This document shows positions 26,500 through 46,543 of a DNA stretch of 64,000 nucleotides, in pieces. The position numbers were made by a program, and so were the translations under genes. Positions within the stretch are counted from its first letter, which is position 1. Every line of letters begins with the position of its first letter. This DNA comes from the human T2T-CHM13v2.0 reference genome, Homo sapiens. The notes below the pieces were generated by a model. The model was not told the DNA's origin. It was given only the letters and a program-made list of their open reading frames with translations, and searched no databases. Where the stretch lies: NCBI RefSeq assembly GCF_009914755.1, contig NC_060947.1; one strand, given 5' to 3'.

Positions 26500-27180
26500 T
26501 CATTATAAAGGGCTTTGCTTGTGGCTGCTGTATTCTGTATTCTCCATTTTTCTTTCCTAACAGAACACTAATATTCAGACTTCCATCCCTCTCCTGTGAA
26601 ACCTATGTACCTTAGAATTTCATCCTATATTTAGGGTAGGTCTATTTGAGCTAAGAAAAATTGCATCCCTCTTGCTATAATTAGGGCCAAATAAATGAGA
26701 GGAGAGGTTTGCTGGGGATTCCCAGCTAAGTTCTTACTCTCTAGGAGAGCATCCCTCCCTCTCCTGATGGATGTGAGGCTAATGTAACTCCATTTGCAAC
26801 TGGCAGCAAAAACATTATGCAGGTGACCACATAGTTGATCACCTAAAGCAGGATGCTACTGAGGGTGAAAGGGGTTGCTATTAACAACTATGTCAGGGGA
26901 AAAGGGATAAACTGGGTCTTTCCAGTAAACCAGGATGGATGGTCACTATTACGCTAGGAACCAGGCCTAGAAAGGAGTTGATGCTCAAGGCATCACAGCA
27001 AAAGTAGAGAAAGAACTTAGGACCATGGCTAGGTTGTGGAACTACTAGAATAAGCAGCTCTAGAGCCAGCCAACCATGCACTTCTGGTTATGTAAATTAT
27101 TACACTGCTTTATAGGTTAAGCTTCTTTGAGTCAGGTCTCTATCACTCGTAATTTCATTGAAAGCATCCTAAGACATACA
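26500..27180. mobile_element. Degenerate MLT1-type LTR with inserted MER94-like MITE (~26860-26950)
   Basis: MLT1-like 3' end 'cttctggttatgtaaa...gcatcctaagacataca'; MER94-like 'aaaggggttgctattaac...aaaccaggatggatggtcac'. Confidence 0.5.
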
Positions 27181-28221
27181 TGCAGTAACTGGGTTGTCTT
27201 TGTTTTGTTTTACCTCCAATTCTGGGGATAAAGGCCATTCTTGAGTCAAGCAATCTGACAAAAACAAGTGTAGGGAAGAAGTAGGTTATGGATCATCATG
27301 GTAAACTGACTTTAAAGTCAAACGAAGGCGATAATCTAAACTAAAACGCGGGTGAAGGCCCACTGTGCATGGGGCGGTTTCTGTTTTAGCCATGCCTTCA
27401 AGGCACACTGCTGCCTCTGATGGAGGAGGGCAAGACTCCTGTGCAAGGGGTCAGGATGGGGAACGTCTGTCCCCTGCTCTGTCAAAGTGGCTTCGAGTAA
27501 GCTCTCCTCTCCCTCTGGGACGTAGATGCCTCACACCAGTGGTAGCCGTCCTTGCCCTTGCCTCTCATCTCTCTGAGTTGATGGTGCACGTTGAGGGAGG
27601 CCTCATGGCTTGCACCTCCTGCAGACGCCACTTTAGTTCTCCCGGTGTGGGCAGCCTGCAGTAAGTAGTTGTTGAACTCACTGCTATCTCCCTTCCCATT
27701 TGGGCTTGGTCTCTTACTCCGAAAGAGCTGGAACAGCCACTTCTCCTACAAGTATCATGACCGTCAAACACACCTTCCTTTTCGGTGTGGAGGGGGGATG
27801 TGGGCAGAGTGGGGTTGGGGTTGGAGTCATGTGACTGTCACTTGAGGCCACGAGGGTTTGCCCAAATCCATGGAGAGCCCTGTACAAGCCACGTGAGAAG
27901 CCAGGCTGCATGAGACAGAGTAGGGTCCACGAAGGTCACCAAGGAAGGACCAGAACATGATTATAGCCCCAGTAGAGAGTTGAAGTCAGGGGCATGAAAT
28001 TATAAGGCAAGGGATGTCAGTGAAGTGAAAAATACACCCAGATTTGTTTTGGGCAGTGAATTATCTTGTTGGATGGGACACCTGTGCCAACTGTGGCATG
28101 AGTGTGGGTGAAATACTGGCACATCACAGACCAGGGGTAGGAGAGTTCAGAGATGACCCCGCACAACCCAGCCTTCGCATGCAGAACATGAGGCTCAGAG
28201 ATGTTTGCATAGAAGAACTGG

Positions 28222-28348
28222 ATACACACACGCAAACACACGCACACAAGCACATGCACGCATGTACACATGCACGTGTACACGCACTCACATGCACACA
28301 GGCCCGCACATGCACGTAAACGCACACATGCACACACACACACACACC
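28222..28348. repeat. Degenerate (CA/CG/TA)n alternating purine-pyrimidine tract
   Basis: Directly visible, ~125 bp. Confidence 0.9.
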
Positions 28349-29899
28349 CATTCTCACATGCCAAGTCCTGTTCCCTTTCCAGGTGTGAGACTCACCTTTT
28401 CCTCTCTTAGAAGTTCATTCACAAATGAGCCAGATTCATCCCTGAATAAGAAAGGAAAAATGGGCAAAATTGCGCTGGACTAATGGGGATTAACAATTAG
28501 AACATTGCCTAAAACAGATCCTAAAAAGTAACTGCGCAGACACTCCAAGGCGGGAGTGTTATTGTTAAAGAGGACAATGGAGTGGCCCATAAATATCCTC
28601 GATTGCCCAAATACACAGGCCCCTGGTGCCCGTCTCTGTGGTGAGGCCGAGATTTAGCTCTGCAGTGGTCGCTTGGGAGAAGAGCTAGTGAGGGCTTTCT
28701 CAGCCATCAAACCCATTGGCTTTTGGTAGGGATTAGTTCCCCCAGAGACACAATCTGTTTGACCTGGCTCACATGCATTTCATGAACAAATGAGAGTGTG
28801 GCAGTCAGTTTCACAAATGATCTGTGCCACAACCTGCATCGCATGCTCCTACCACCCTCAGCGTGTCCATGGCCTGTTAGGTCTGCTCTGATTCACGCAC
28901 TGCAAGTCTCCCCAGTGTAACTGGCAAGGGTTCTGTTACTATAAACTCAAGGAATAAGAGGAGTTGCCAGGTCATTCATTTTTGAACAGGACATCAATGT
29001 GTAGTACAAAAGAGACTTTAATAGTTTCATTTTTCTTCACCTGGGAGAATTTCTCAAATTATAAAATTTTATGAATGGAACAATGTTATAGAAGAAGGAA
29101 AAGAGAGCAAGTGTAAAATCTCTCATGTCTAGGCTGGTTAGCATTTTTAATTGCCGTCTTTGCATTTGTGGCCTCTTAGTGCCAAGTCAACACCTAAGTG
29201 CTGTCATAAGATCACTTACCAGCAGCCCCTGCTCACCTTGGCCTCTTTCAGGTGAATTCTCTGATGCTCTTCACCCCTAGGATTATCCTTGCCCAATTTC
29301 TGAGCCAGACCACCAGTGTGTTGGGCCCCAGATGAGGCCTGCTTCTCTCTTCTAAGCTCCTCGTGTTCTTGAGGGGAGTACACTAGGCATCGCTCAGCCA
29401 TGGAGCCTTAGCATTCAACAGTCATCATCCATGACCTCTTCCCACATTGGCCCCATTTATAGAACTAGCCTTCTGGGTCTGATTGTCTTCGTAGCTCTCT
29501 AAGCTTCCATTAGAAATGTGGCTCCACAACCCAGCCCAATTCACTAAAGTGTCTCCATCAATCTCTGATGTCCACATTTCTGTGCACATGGGAGAGAGTT
29601 GGTTTCTCATTCACTGACATCCTGCCTTAAAGGAATTGTTCTCAAACTTAACAGGCACGTTTCATAAATAGTGGGCCACTACCATCTTGGATTTCTGTTT
29701 CACTCCATCTATTAGATGAGTCCTTGTTTTTTGAAGAAGAATCATTTTAGAGGAAATAGAGGTGACATTTTGAAAGCTACAACATTATTGCTTCAGAAAA
29801 TATTCACAATTAATATAGAAATACTGTAGAATACATATAATTTATTATTTTTTAAACAAATGGTTCATTGTAATAGTCATTAAAGATTAAATATAAGTG

Positions 29900-30950
29900 T
29901 AAAAGTGTATTGTATCTTCAGTGTAAACATTCAATTATAACCACTTTCAGTGATCTTTATATTTCAAGTTTTTCTCTATACTATTTACTCAACTGAAATA
30001 ATATTACATGTGGTTTTAGTCCTGTTTTTATCCCTTAACATCTTCAAAGAATAAGCATTTTATCATAGCATTCTAATCACACTACACAATCACCATAAAT
30101 ATCTTTAATGGTGGTATACAATTTTATTAGGTGGATTTATTACCATATACTTAGTTTTCCCCCATTAGAAGTATAAGCCACTTCCAAAATCTGCTGTTAA
30201 AAAGAACACTGCAATTAATATCTTTGTGTATATCAATGTTTTCCATTAATAATTATTTCTCAGCATAAATACACAGCTGTAATATTTCTGGGGCAGACAC
30301 AGAGACATGAACATGTTGCCAAACTGATTTTGAAAAGGATATATGAGGTCTGAGACCACCTGCCTTGTGAGTACTCACCAGTCTGGGCCAAAAAATTTGA
30401 CTCATTTTGTTTTAAAATGTATTTCTCTGATTACTAGCAAGTTGAGTCATTTTTATTTGTGTACTTGCTACTTCGATATCCAAGGGAATTGTCTTTATTC
30501 ACTTTTTCATTAAATCACAGTGTTCTCATCTTATTGGTGTGTATGTGTCATTTACTTAATGCAAAATAAATGTTTGTCATAATCGCAACAAATATATACT
30601 CCATTTTCTTTTCATTCCGTGAGTGTGGCTACTATTTTATATAGATAAGATTTTTATTTTTGTAAAGTTAAATCTATCCATCTTTTGTGTTGTGAAGCCT
30701 TCTATTGTTTGAGTAAAAACTAATAAATCCTAATTAATTCAATTTTTATTCATTTAGATTTGTTTGGTATTTATTGTAAGGTGGATTCTAATTGTATCAT
30801 TTTTTCCCCAAGTAGTTGGCCAATTGTCTCAACGCTATTTAATATGAAATACCTTCTCCATTAATTTGTGCTTTCTATTTTAGCAAATAATAAGCTAATA
30901 TTTAAAAGATTCTAATTCAGGGCTGTCAGTTCTGTTTTGTTGCTCTGTCT
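29900..30950 (-). mobile_element. Very old L1ME-like fragment
   Basis: T-rich degenerate L1 3' motifs ('atttctctgattactagcaagttgag', 'aaatctatccatcttt'). Confidence 0.6.
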
Positions 30951-30954
30951 CTCT

Positions 30955-37452
<6,498 letters not shown>

Positions 37453-40400
37453 ATTTTAATTGTTAATTTCTTGTTTTACAACTAGAGAAAAATTCAAGAA
37501 AATGATTATTATGATTATTATATGATCAATACTAAAAATACGTTTGGCATAGAAAGCAAGCACATTTTTGGAAATGATCTGCTGCAGGTGTCAAATATAT
37601 TAGCTATGCCACCAAGAGTGGGCAAAGTAAAAGGAGAGATTAGAAAGACTGTGAAGAATGGCCTTGAAGCCAAGGGTGGAAAGAGTGTTAAGAAGTTGAG
37701 AAGGTTTATTATATTTGTTTTATGATGGGATTAGAAACCAGAGTATCTGGAGCATTAGGTTGCTTGCCCAAAATTGCTAGGGCATTTGAGTGCAGGATGG
37801 TTGCAGAATTCAGGATTATGACATTCCAAGACCATGGTAACAGCACACTGTTTCCCAGAGCACTGCTTTCAAACTCCAAACACAACATTTGCTAGAAGAT
37901 ATACTGCAACAGTGAAGTTAACCTTTTGCTTATCTGGCAAATGAACAAAAAGTTTCAATAGAAGCAAATGTTTACTAAATTCGACTAGTATTAAATGTCT
38001 GTTATTAATTATGTCTTAATCATGCTGCCTGGATGGGACTTAATTAATGTTCATGAATTCATTTTGAGATAATAATTAGCAAGTGGAGTGCTTGCTCTTA
38101 GAAGAAGAATATTAAATTATTATTGGCATTTGGATAAGTTTGTGAAACCATTATTTATGTCTTTTTTTAAGCTTCTGACTTCTAGAATTTATCTACAACA
38201 ATTTCGAATAAGTCGCATTTCTCTAAGTTTCATTTGCCCATGTTTCACTTCCACCTAAGTTAAACATTTGCTCTCAATAGTATATACAGGATTTCAGATA
38301 AAAGCTGACCACTTTCTGATTAAATGTGTTTGAGTCTTTCATTTGATTTTTAAAATTTGACCCTGAAAAAAATATATGAAATGGATTTAAAATTTTTAAG
38401 GAAACATCTTTTTTAAAAAACTCAAAACAAGATACCTCTTCCCACCCAGGAAAACAACCCTTCAGGAAAACTGTCCCAAGTGAGGCCAAACTGCAGATAG
38501 CGTCCTGGATGAAAATATCTGCTTTGCTACCCAGTCCAAAAGGTCTATGCGTTTTGTTGATTGGACTGTGGTTATTTGTTATGTTGAGACATGGGAAACT
38601 ACTCTCTGGGAATAGATTACGATATCTTTGGAAAGTCTGTTAACATTTTCAAGACATTGGGTTGCCATCTCCCCCATGCCCCAAATTTGTCCAACACATT
38701 AAATGGTTTCCCAGCATCCTGAAAATGTGAATCAAGCTTCCACAGGTGTCTGTCTTGCAGTTAGCTTATGCTTCTGCCTGAGGTGTAACTGGTTTCAGTG
38801 GTCTTAGCTTCCTTTTGCATGTCTCATGATATTCATAGTAAAAGTTATGATGCTTTGGTAATTTGAGATCTCACCTCACAGCTGAGCTATTAAATCATGA
38901 CTGTTTGAGGAGGTGAGATGCCAAGGATTTGGGTGGGAATGATCAGGTTTCTAAATTATGGGAGCAATAAATTGTTAGTATAAATTATTACTCAATGTGC
39001 AAGAATCTAAGGGTCATGTCCACAAAATATCATTCATGTGATGTACAAATGATTCACCAAAGGGAGTGATGCACGTACAGGGAAGGCTCTAACATCTATA
39101 ATTCTGCAACTCAGGAGAGCAAGAAGCAAGTCTGCCCTTGCAAACCTGCTTAGAAGAAGCACTATCATTATTAGTTCACCTCCTTATTTGTTCCTGTATA
39201 TCATATCATCAACTGGTGCTTTAGAGTACTTCCTTGTACCAAATACGGCCCTATAAGAAGTGAACAGGTTAAAGTGTCATTGTAATTTTTTATCTGCAAT
39301 GTGGCCAGCTCTTTAGTGCCAAAGTGGAGGAATGATTACTTGATATTAAATAATCATTTACTTATTTGATAGTAGAAGAACCCAAATTATTATTTGTAAC
39401 CCAAATGTTTTCTTGGGGATATGAGTGAAATCAAATTAATCCAAACTTCCTGGCTTTTAACTCTATTTACTTATTCAGGGTCACCAGTTTTCTGGAAAAG
39501 TCCCCCCTTTCCCAATTGAGTATTCCTGGATATCCCCAGCAGGAATTCACAGGGAGCTCATGAATCAGTATGGCAGCTACAGGTCCCACACATCCATTAT
39601 CAAAATTTCCTTCTCTTCCTGAATAGGCTTCCCCTCGTCAGTGTTATCTGCTCAGAAGTACAGTGAAAGCCTCTTCCCAGTGCTGCTGCTGATGGTGAGA
39701 ATTCCAGCTTCCCCACCAAGTACATTCTCTTGCCATGCTCTCTAAATAGTCCATGATGCAGTAGCAGACAGCATTCTGTTTTGGACAACAGTTCAGAGAT
39801 TGTCTCTATTCTCTACTGTGTGATATTCTTTGTCATCCCAGCCCCCAAGACAAAAATACTTGTATTCAGTCTCACCAGAGTATCTCATAGAATGTCTCCT
39901 TCCATGTTAGAGCTCAATATCTTTTTCCACTGGGGATCAAAACCATGCCATGAAACCAGGCAAGAACAAAAATCTTGCCTTCTCCTTTCTTGTCCTCACT
40001 TCTAATTTCTCCAGCCTTCTCTACCTCCACACTTAATGCATCTAATTCCTCTTTCTTCCTTCAGACACCAAAGACCTCAAGGACTCAAGGACATCAATTC
40101 ACGGAAATACTGCCCATCCTACCACAAACCCTCAACCTCCAGTTGTAAGTGATTCTCTGTGAGCTCTTTATTGGCCTCAGTCGTCCACTTGGCTTTGGTT
40201 GCTTAGATATGGCCTTAGATTCTCTAGAGCAGTGGCCTCCAAAGTGGAGTGATCATACACCAAGGGTGAATGAGATAATATACTGGGGTACACAGAGCAA
40301 ATGTTAGAATGATTAGATAGATAGATAGATAGATTCAGTTTGACTACCATTTAATATATAGATTGCTACCAGTGAGCTTCCTCTGTCTATATGAGCAGGT

Positions 40401-40615
40401 CATATGTCCCATGTGCTTTTAGAGGTATTCTGGGGAAGGATGGAATGTTCCACACTGAGAAGGGTTGACAGCGGAGCCCTCATGTGATCACTTCTTTCAG
40501 TGTATTGCAAAGTATTGCAGTTTACATGTTCCTGGTGAGGTAGCATTACAAAGTATATTAGCCAGTTGTAACTAAAAACCCTCTCACAATAGGTATGTAA
40601 CTTTAAAAAGTCCTT

Positions 40616-40933
<318 letters not shown>

Positions 40934-41332
40934 CTACTATTCATTCAAGCTTACAAAATCAGAAGAAAATGGCAGCACTGCCAATTCTCTTACCCTAGTT
41001 GTAGCTCAGCACCAACCACATTACATAAAATAATGACATTATAATCAGATTACTTAAAAATAGAGAGCATCAAGGAGACCATTTAAAATGTTATTAACTA
41101 TTATCTTAGTTTGCCCCACTCCAACAAAACAGACCCCAAGACAAAGATTTAGATAGAAGTATCCTATTTGGGAGGTGATTCCAGGAAGCACAGTAAGGGA
41201 GTAGGAAAGTGACATACAAAGGCAAGAAAGCCAATAAAGGATATGTTGATGATTGGGTTACTACATGGGGCACCAGGGACTCTATCCTGCTGAGGACCCT
41301 CTGAGAGACTGTTTGGGACTGAATTATCCCTC

Positions 41333-41688
41333 TGTATTAGTCTGTTCTCATGCTGCTAATACAGACATATCCAAGACTGGGTAATTTATAAAGAAAAAGA
41401 GATTTAATGGACTCACAGTTCCACATGGCTGGGGAGTCCTCACAATCATGGTGGAAGGTGAAGGAGGAACAAAGTCACGTCTTACATGGTGGCAGGCAAG
41501 AGAGCTTTTGCAGGGGAACTCCCATTTATAAAACCATCAGACCTCTTGAGACTTATTCACTACTATGAGAACAGTATGGGGAAACCACCCTCATGATTCA
41601 ATTATCTCCACCTGGCCCTTCCCTTGACACATGGGGATTATTACAATTCAAGATGCAATTTGTGTGGGGACACTGCCAAACCATATCA
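41333..41688 (-). mobile_element. THE1 (THE1C-like) solo LTR
   Basis: tgtattagtc...aaaccatatca with perfect TSD CCCTC (41328-41332 / 41689-41693). Confidence 0.93.
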
Positions 41689-41843
41689 CCCTCTGAGGTG
41701 CAAGGAAGTTGGGGCATTTATCTACTGACTCCCATCCCTCATTGGTTGAGAGTCATTCCTGGGGTGTTGGGGCCCTAGTACTGCAGGCCTCGTACATGCT
41801 AGTCACACTAGTATGCAGGACTCGTTCATACTAGTCACACTTT

Positions 41844-41970
41844 TTTTGTTTGTTTGTTTTAAGGAGCAGAGAGTTTAATAGGCAAGAAAGAAGGGAGAAG
41901 ACAGAAGGAAGAAGCTCCCCCATACAGAGACAGAGGGAGGGGGGCTCCAAAGCCAAAAAAAGAGGTCCGC
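41844..41970 (-). mobile_element. Retrotransposed polyadenylated LTR-like fragment
   Basis: 14-bp TSD ACTAGTCACACTTT, A-rich tail and ATTAAA signal on the minus strand. Confidence 0.8.
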
Positions 41971-42429
41971 ACTAGTCACACTTTAATAGTTAGAGAATGC
42001 TTTCATGCAGAGAAACACGTGAGCTGTTGCTTGTACAGGAACCCTACAGATGCCTGCTAGGGTGGACCAAGACAATACAGGTTGACTCCTGACAGTGTCT
42101 GCCAGTGCAATGAAGTTCTCTGTGACGCATATTTTTTGTTGAGCTATTAGCAAATGATAACAGGAAGACATCACGATTGGAAAGTACTTTAAAAATGTTC
42201 ATTTTATATTTCCCCCATCCTTTCAAAATGTATTTTAGTGTATGTGTTTCATTATGCATATAATACATCAGAATAGTAGTGCACAAATACAATTAAGAAA
42301 CAAATATATCTGTGTTGGTGGTACATGCTCAAAGTATTTTTTTATTGATATAGGTGCCTGGATCAAAAACATTTTGGAGTTCACTCCTCTAAAGGGGGCT
42401 GGAATCTCAAAATGGTTTGTGAGCACTAA

Positions 42430-42857
<428 letters not shown>

Positions 42858-43545
42858 CCTGGTTGCTTCTTTAACTTCTCTTTGGACATCATGGCATTGA
42901 AGAGCAAATTGCCTTATAGATGAAAATGTCAAAATGTGGGGTTCATGATGGGTAAAGAGGAGAGGAAATAATACAAATAGATGGTATTGAAAGGAAGAGG
43001 CTCTGATGATCCAGTGTGCAGCCTTTATTTCACTGGTGGACTCTGAGAGAGGATGAGGTATATCTCATGATTTTTGGCTGTGATGTTCTCCATGTTGAAA
43101 AGGGTTGTTTTCCCAGGGAGTGGGGTGGGGGTAGGTGGGCAGCCATAAGGAATTACTATTTGGTCACATTGATTTTTTTGGCTTGCCATTTAGTGCCCTT
43201 TGTCTTAAGTAGCCTGACTGAGCCAACAAAGTTTGCTAAATCATGATTTTTCTGGGACCTGCTTTAGTCATTAATAATTAGCACATCAGTAGCCTGTATC
43301 AATCATTTATAGTGTCTCCAGAATATTAAAACTCAAGAAGTGCTAGAGATAGGATCATGAGCCATCAATGCTGGTATTCTGTTTGAGACATGAGAGCTAG
43401 AGGACAAATTTTGGAACGACGTATCCTTCTTGCAGACTTCAAGGCTGGAAAGGTACTACCAACACATATGAGTTATGTTTAGTCACCTAACCACAGCCAA
43501 TCAACAATTGCTGAGTAGCTGTGCTAGGGCTTTGGTGGATTGGGC

Positions 43546-43836
43546 AAGATGGAAGGGAGGGAAGCAGAGAAGAAAAGAGAGGGGAGGGAGGGAGAAAGGA
43601 AAAGAGAAGGGAGAGAAGGATGGAGGGAGGGAGAGAGAGGAAAAGAGTAGGGAAAGAGGGAGGGAGAGTGGGAAGGAGGAAGAGAGGAAAGGAGAAGGGA
43701 GGGAGGGAGACAGAGAGAAGGGAGAAGGAAGGGTGAGGGAAGGAGGAAAGGAGAGGGGAGAGAAGGGAGAGGGAAGAGGAAGGGTAGAAGAAGGGAGTAA
43801 GGGAAAGAGAGAATGAAGGAAGAGAGAAGGGGTGGA
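43546..43836. repeat. GA-rich polypurine tract
   Basis: ~290 bp of almost only A/G. Confidence 0.95.
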
Positions 43837-43994
43837 AATCATCCTTGGCTTTCTTACAAGGTAGCTAACTGTAAGCAAAGCTGCACGTGGTGATTGCCAA
43901 ATAAGATAAGCAAACATGGAAGCATCTTAAGAGCCTGGACAAAAGCTGTGGGGATCAGGGAAGCATCCAGAAAGAGGTGAGATCTGAGCTAAAA

Positions 43995-44155
43995 TGGATC
44001 ATCAAACCTGCAGGGACTGTTAAATTGGATTGCGGGTTCTCATCACCAGAGTTTCTGAGCCAGCGGGTCTGGAGTGGGGCCTGAGCATTTGCATTTCTAA
44101 CAAGTTCCCAGGTGATGCTCATGCTGGTGATCTGGAGACCACACTTTGAGAACCA
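43995..44155. mobile_element. MER5A DNA transposon
   Basis: 'ggtctggagtggggcctgagcatttgcatttctaacaagttcccaggtgatgct...accacactttgagaac'. Confidence 0.85.
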
Positions 44156-44998
44156 ACCACTTCTCTGAAGGATTTTAGATATGTAGAAGGGAGACCTACG
44201 TGAAGGGTTAAGATGAGGAAGACGTTAAGAGGAATAAGGTGGCGAAAAGAGGAAGACCTGTTTAGGAGGATTCTGAAATGAAGGGATTGTATAACAGAAG
44301 AGCGAGAGAAAAGAATGGAAAGGACTTGGGAATCTATCCTATAGGCAAATGGGAGTCATCAAATGTGTCTGAGTTGTGACATGGCATGATGGAAACTTTA
44401 ATTTGGAACTGCTTAATCTGTCATCAGTATACTCTATGGTGTGGTGCGAGGCAGGGGGAGAGATGGATGCGGAAAGCACATGTAAGAGCTCATGAATGTA
44501 TTTAAGTGGTTTAAAGTCTATTTATATGCTGCTCTTTCCAAACAGAAGTAATGAAAGAAGTGCTTCTTGGGGGATTAAATTTTGGTGAGGAGCATGGGCC
44601 AGCATTCCTCTTGGAAAAGAAGACAGAGGCAAACAAATGGAATCTGAGCTTTGGTCTTCCATTATTCAAGTTTTCCTAAAAAGTGATAGCATGGAAACCC
44701 TCAAGTCTGCTCAGAGCCTGTGCCAATTTGATGGGAGAATCTGCAGATTTTCAGGCAGCAAGTTGGTCCGTGATGGCCTTCAACCCAGGAGTGAGAAATT
44801 TTCTGCTTACAGATTTGACTCAAAAAGGCTCCAAATTAACCCGCCCTGGAAGTGCATCACTAAGGGGGAAATTTCAATGTTTAAAAATGGTTTATAATAG
44901 GATCACATTGAATTTTCTTCTTTTTTTCTTTCTCTGAATATAAATGCAATTAGTGTGTCACTGATTCTACATCAGGCAAGAGAATTATGTGGTGAGGG

Positions 44999-45049
44999 CA
45001 CACACACACATACACACACACACACGCGTGCACACACACACACACACAC
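44999..45049. repeat. Interrupted (CA)n microsatellite
   Basis: Directly visible. Confidence 0.95.
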
Positions 45050-46090
45050 CATTGAGCACCGGCCAGCTCAGCTCTGCTCTGAGAGAGTTTCCTGGGCATA
45101 TTTCTGCATGAAGCAAAATCAATGTGGGTGAAACTGAAGACCATCTATGGGAACCTTTGGAGAGGTAGATGAAAGAGGAGATGAAAGGCAAAGGTGAAGA
45201 CTTGGGAAACAGTCCAAAGAAGCTCTTTCAATGATTCAAATCATTATTTGAAATTGATGTAGCCATCAGTGAGGCACCAAGGTAAGCCTGTAGCCCTGTG
45301 CAAAGGAGCCTAGAGACGACATGGGGTGGATACAGTTGAGAACAAACCTTTGGCATCTCCCGGTGTCCTTTGGGTCTTTGTTGTCTTCAGCTCCAGCTCA
45401 CTAGGCAACCCTTCTTCTGTGTGGTTTTTCTTCCATTTCCCACTTTTCTCCTTCATTAGCTACCACCCAGCTCCCTATGGGTTGAATAATAATTTAGCAC
45501 AAGTTCAATATTTTCAAAATGTTTTGCAATAAAATCTTATTGCCTCTGTTCCCAGTGGCTAGTGGGCTAGAGGCCTGGTATGACTGTCCCAAATTTAAAA
45601 GCAGGAAAAATAGGGATGATGGATCAAGTGATTTGCCAGAGAAGAAACAAATGAGATTAGTGCCTGTTACTTTTTATCCCAGCAGATGAAATAAACACAA
45701 GAGCTTGATTGTAGTAATTATTTGAGGAAGAATGGAAAAACATCATTCTTTGTGATTCTCATGTAATGAATGTGGTAACAGAGAAGATGGCTATGCCAGT
45801 TTTTAATTTGATGGAGATTTTGGACATATTTCTAGTTTCTTTAGTACATCCCAAGTTTTCTCATGCATAATATGCAGCTAATACAATAGTTAATATCTAC
45901 TATAGGGTCATTGTAAGGATTAAATGATCTAAAACATGTTGAGCACTTAGAGTAGTATGTGGCATCTAATAAGTGGTCAATAAATTAATTATTGTTATTA
46001 CAACAACAACAATTTGTTTTAAATTGAAAACTTCAATATTCAAATATTCCAAAAATGTATACCCTACAATGCCTAGATGAAAAGGAATCA

Positions 46091-46543
<453 letters not shown>

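Larger units (their letters stand above)
41100..42105. mobile_element. LTR33-like ERVL LTR, interrupted
   Basis: 'cagaccccaagacaaagattt...tatttgggaggtgattccaggaagcacagtaagggagtaggaaagtga'; right boundary approximate. Confidence 0.6.

Noticed and set aside
28017-28483. Cys/Val- and His/Thr-rich ORFs
   Set aside because: Translations of the (CA)n-like tract.
41775-41984. Three CTAGTCACACT copies resembling a short spaced-repeat (CRISPR-like) array
   Set aside because: Explained by one tandem duplication plus a target-site duplication; primate DNA with no cas genes.
43475-43917. Charged or Ser/Pro/Leu-rich ORFs
   Set aside because: Translations of the GA-rich low-complexity tract.
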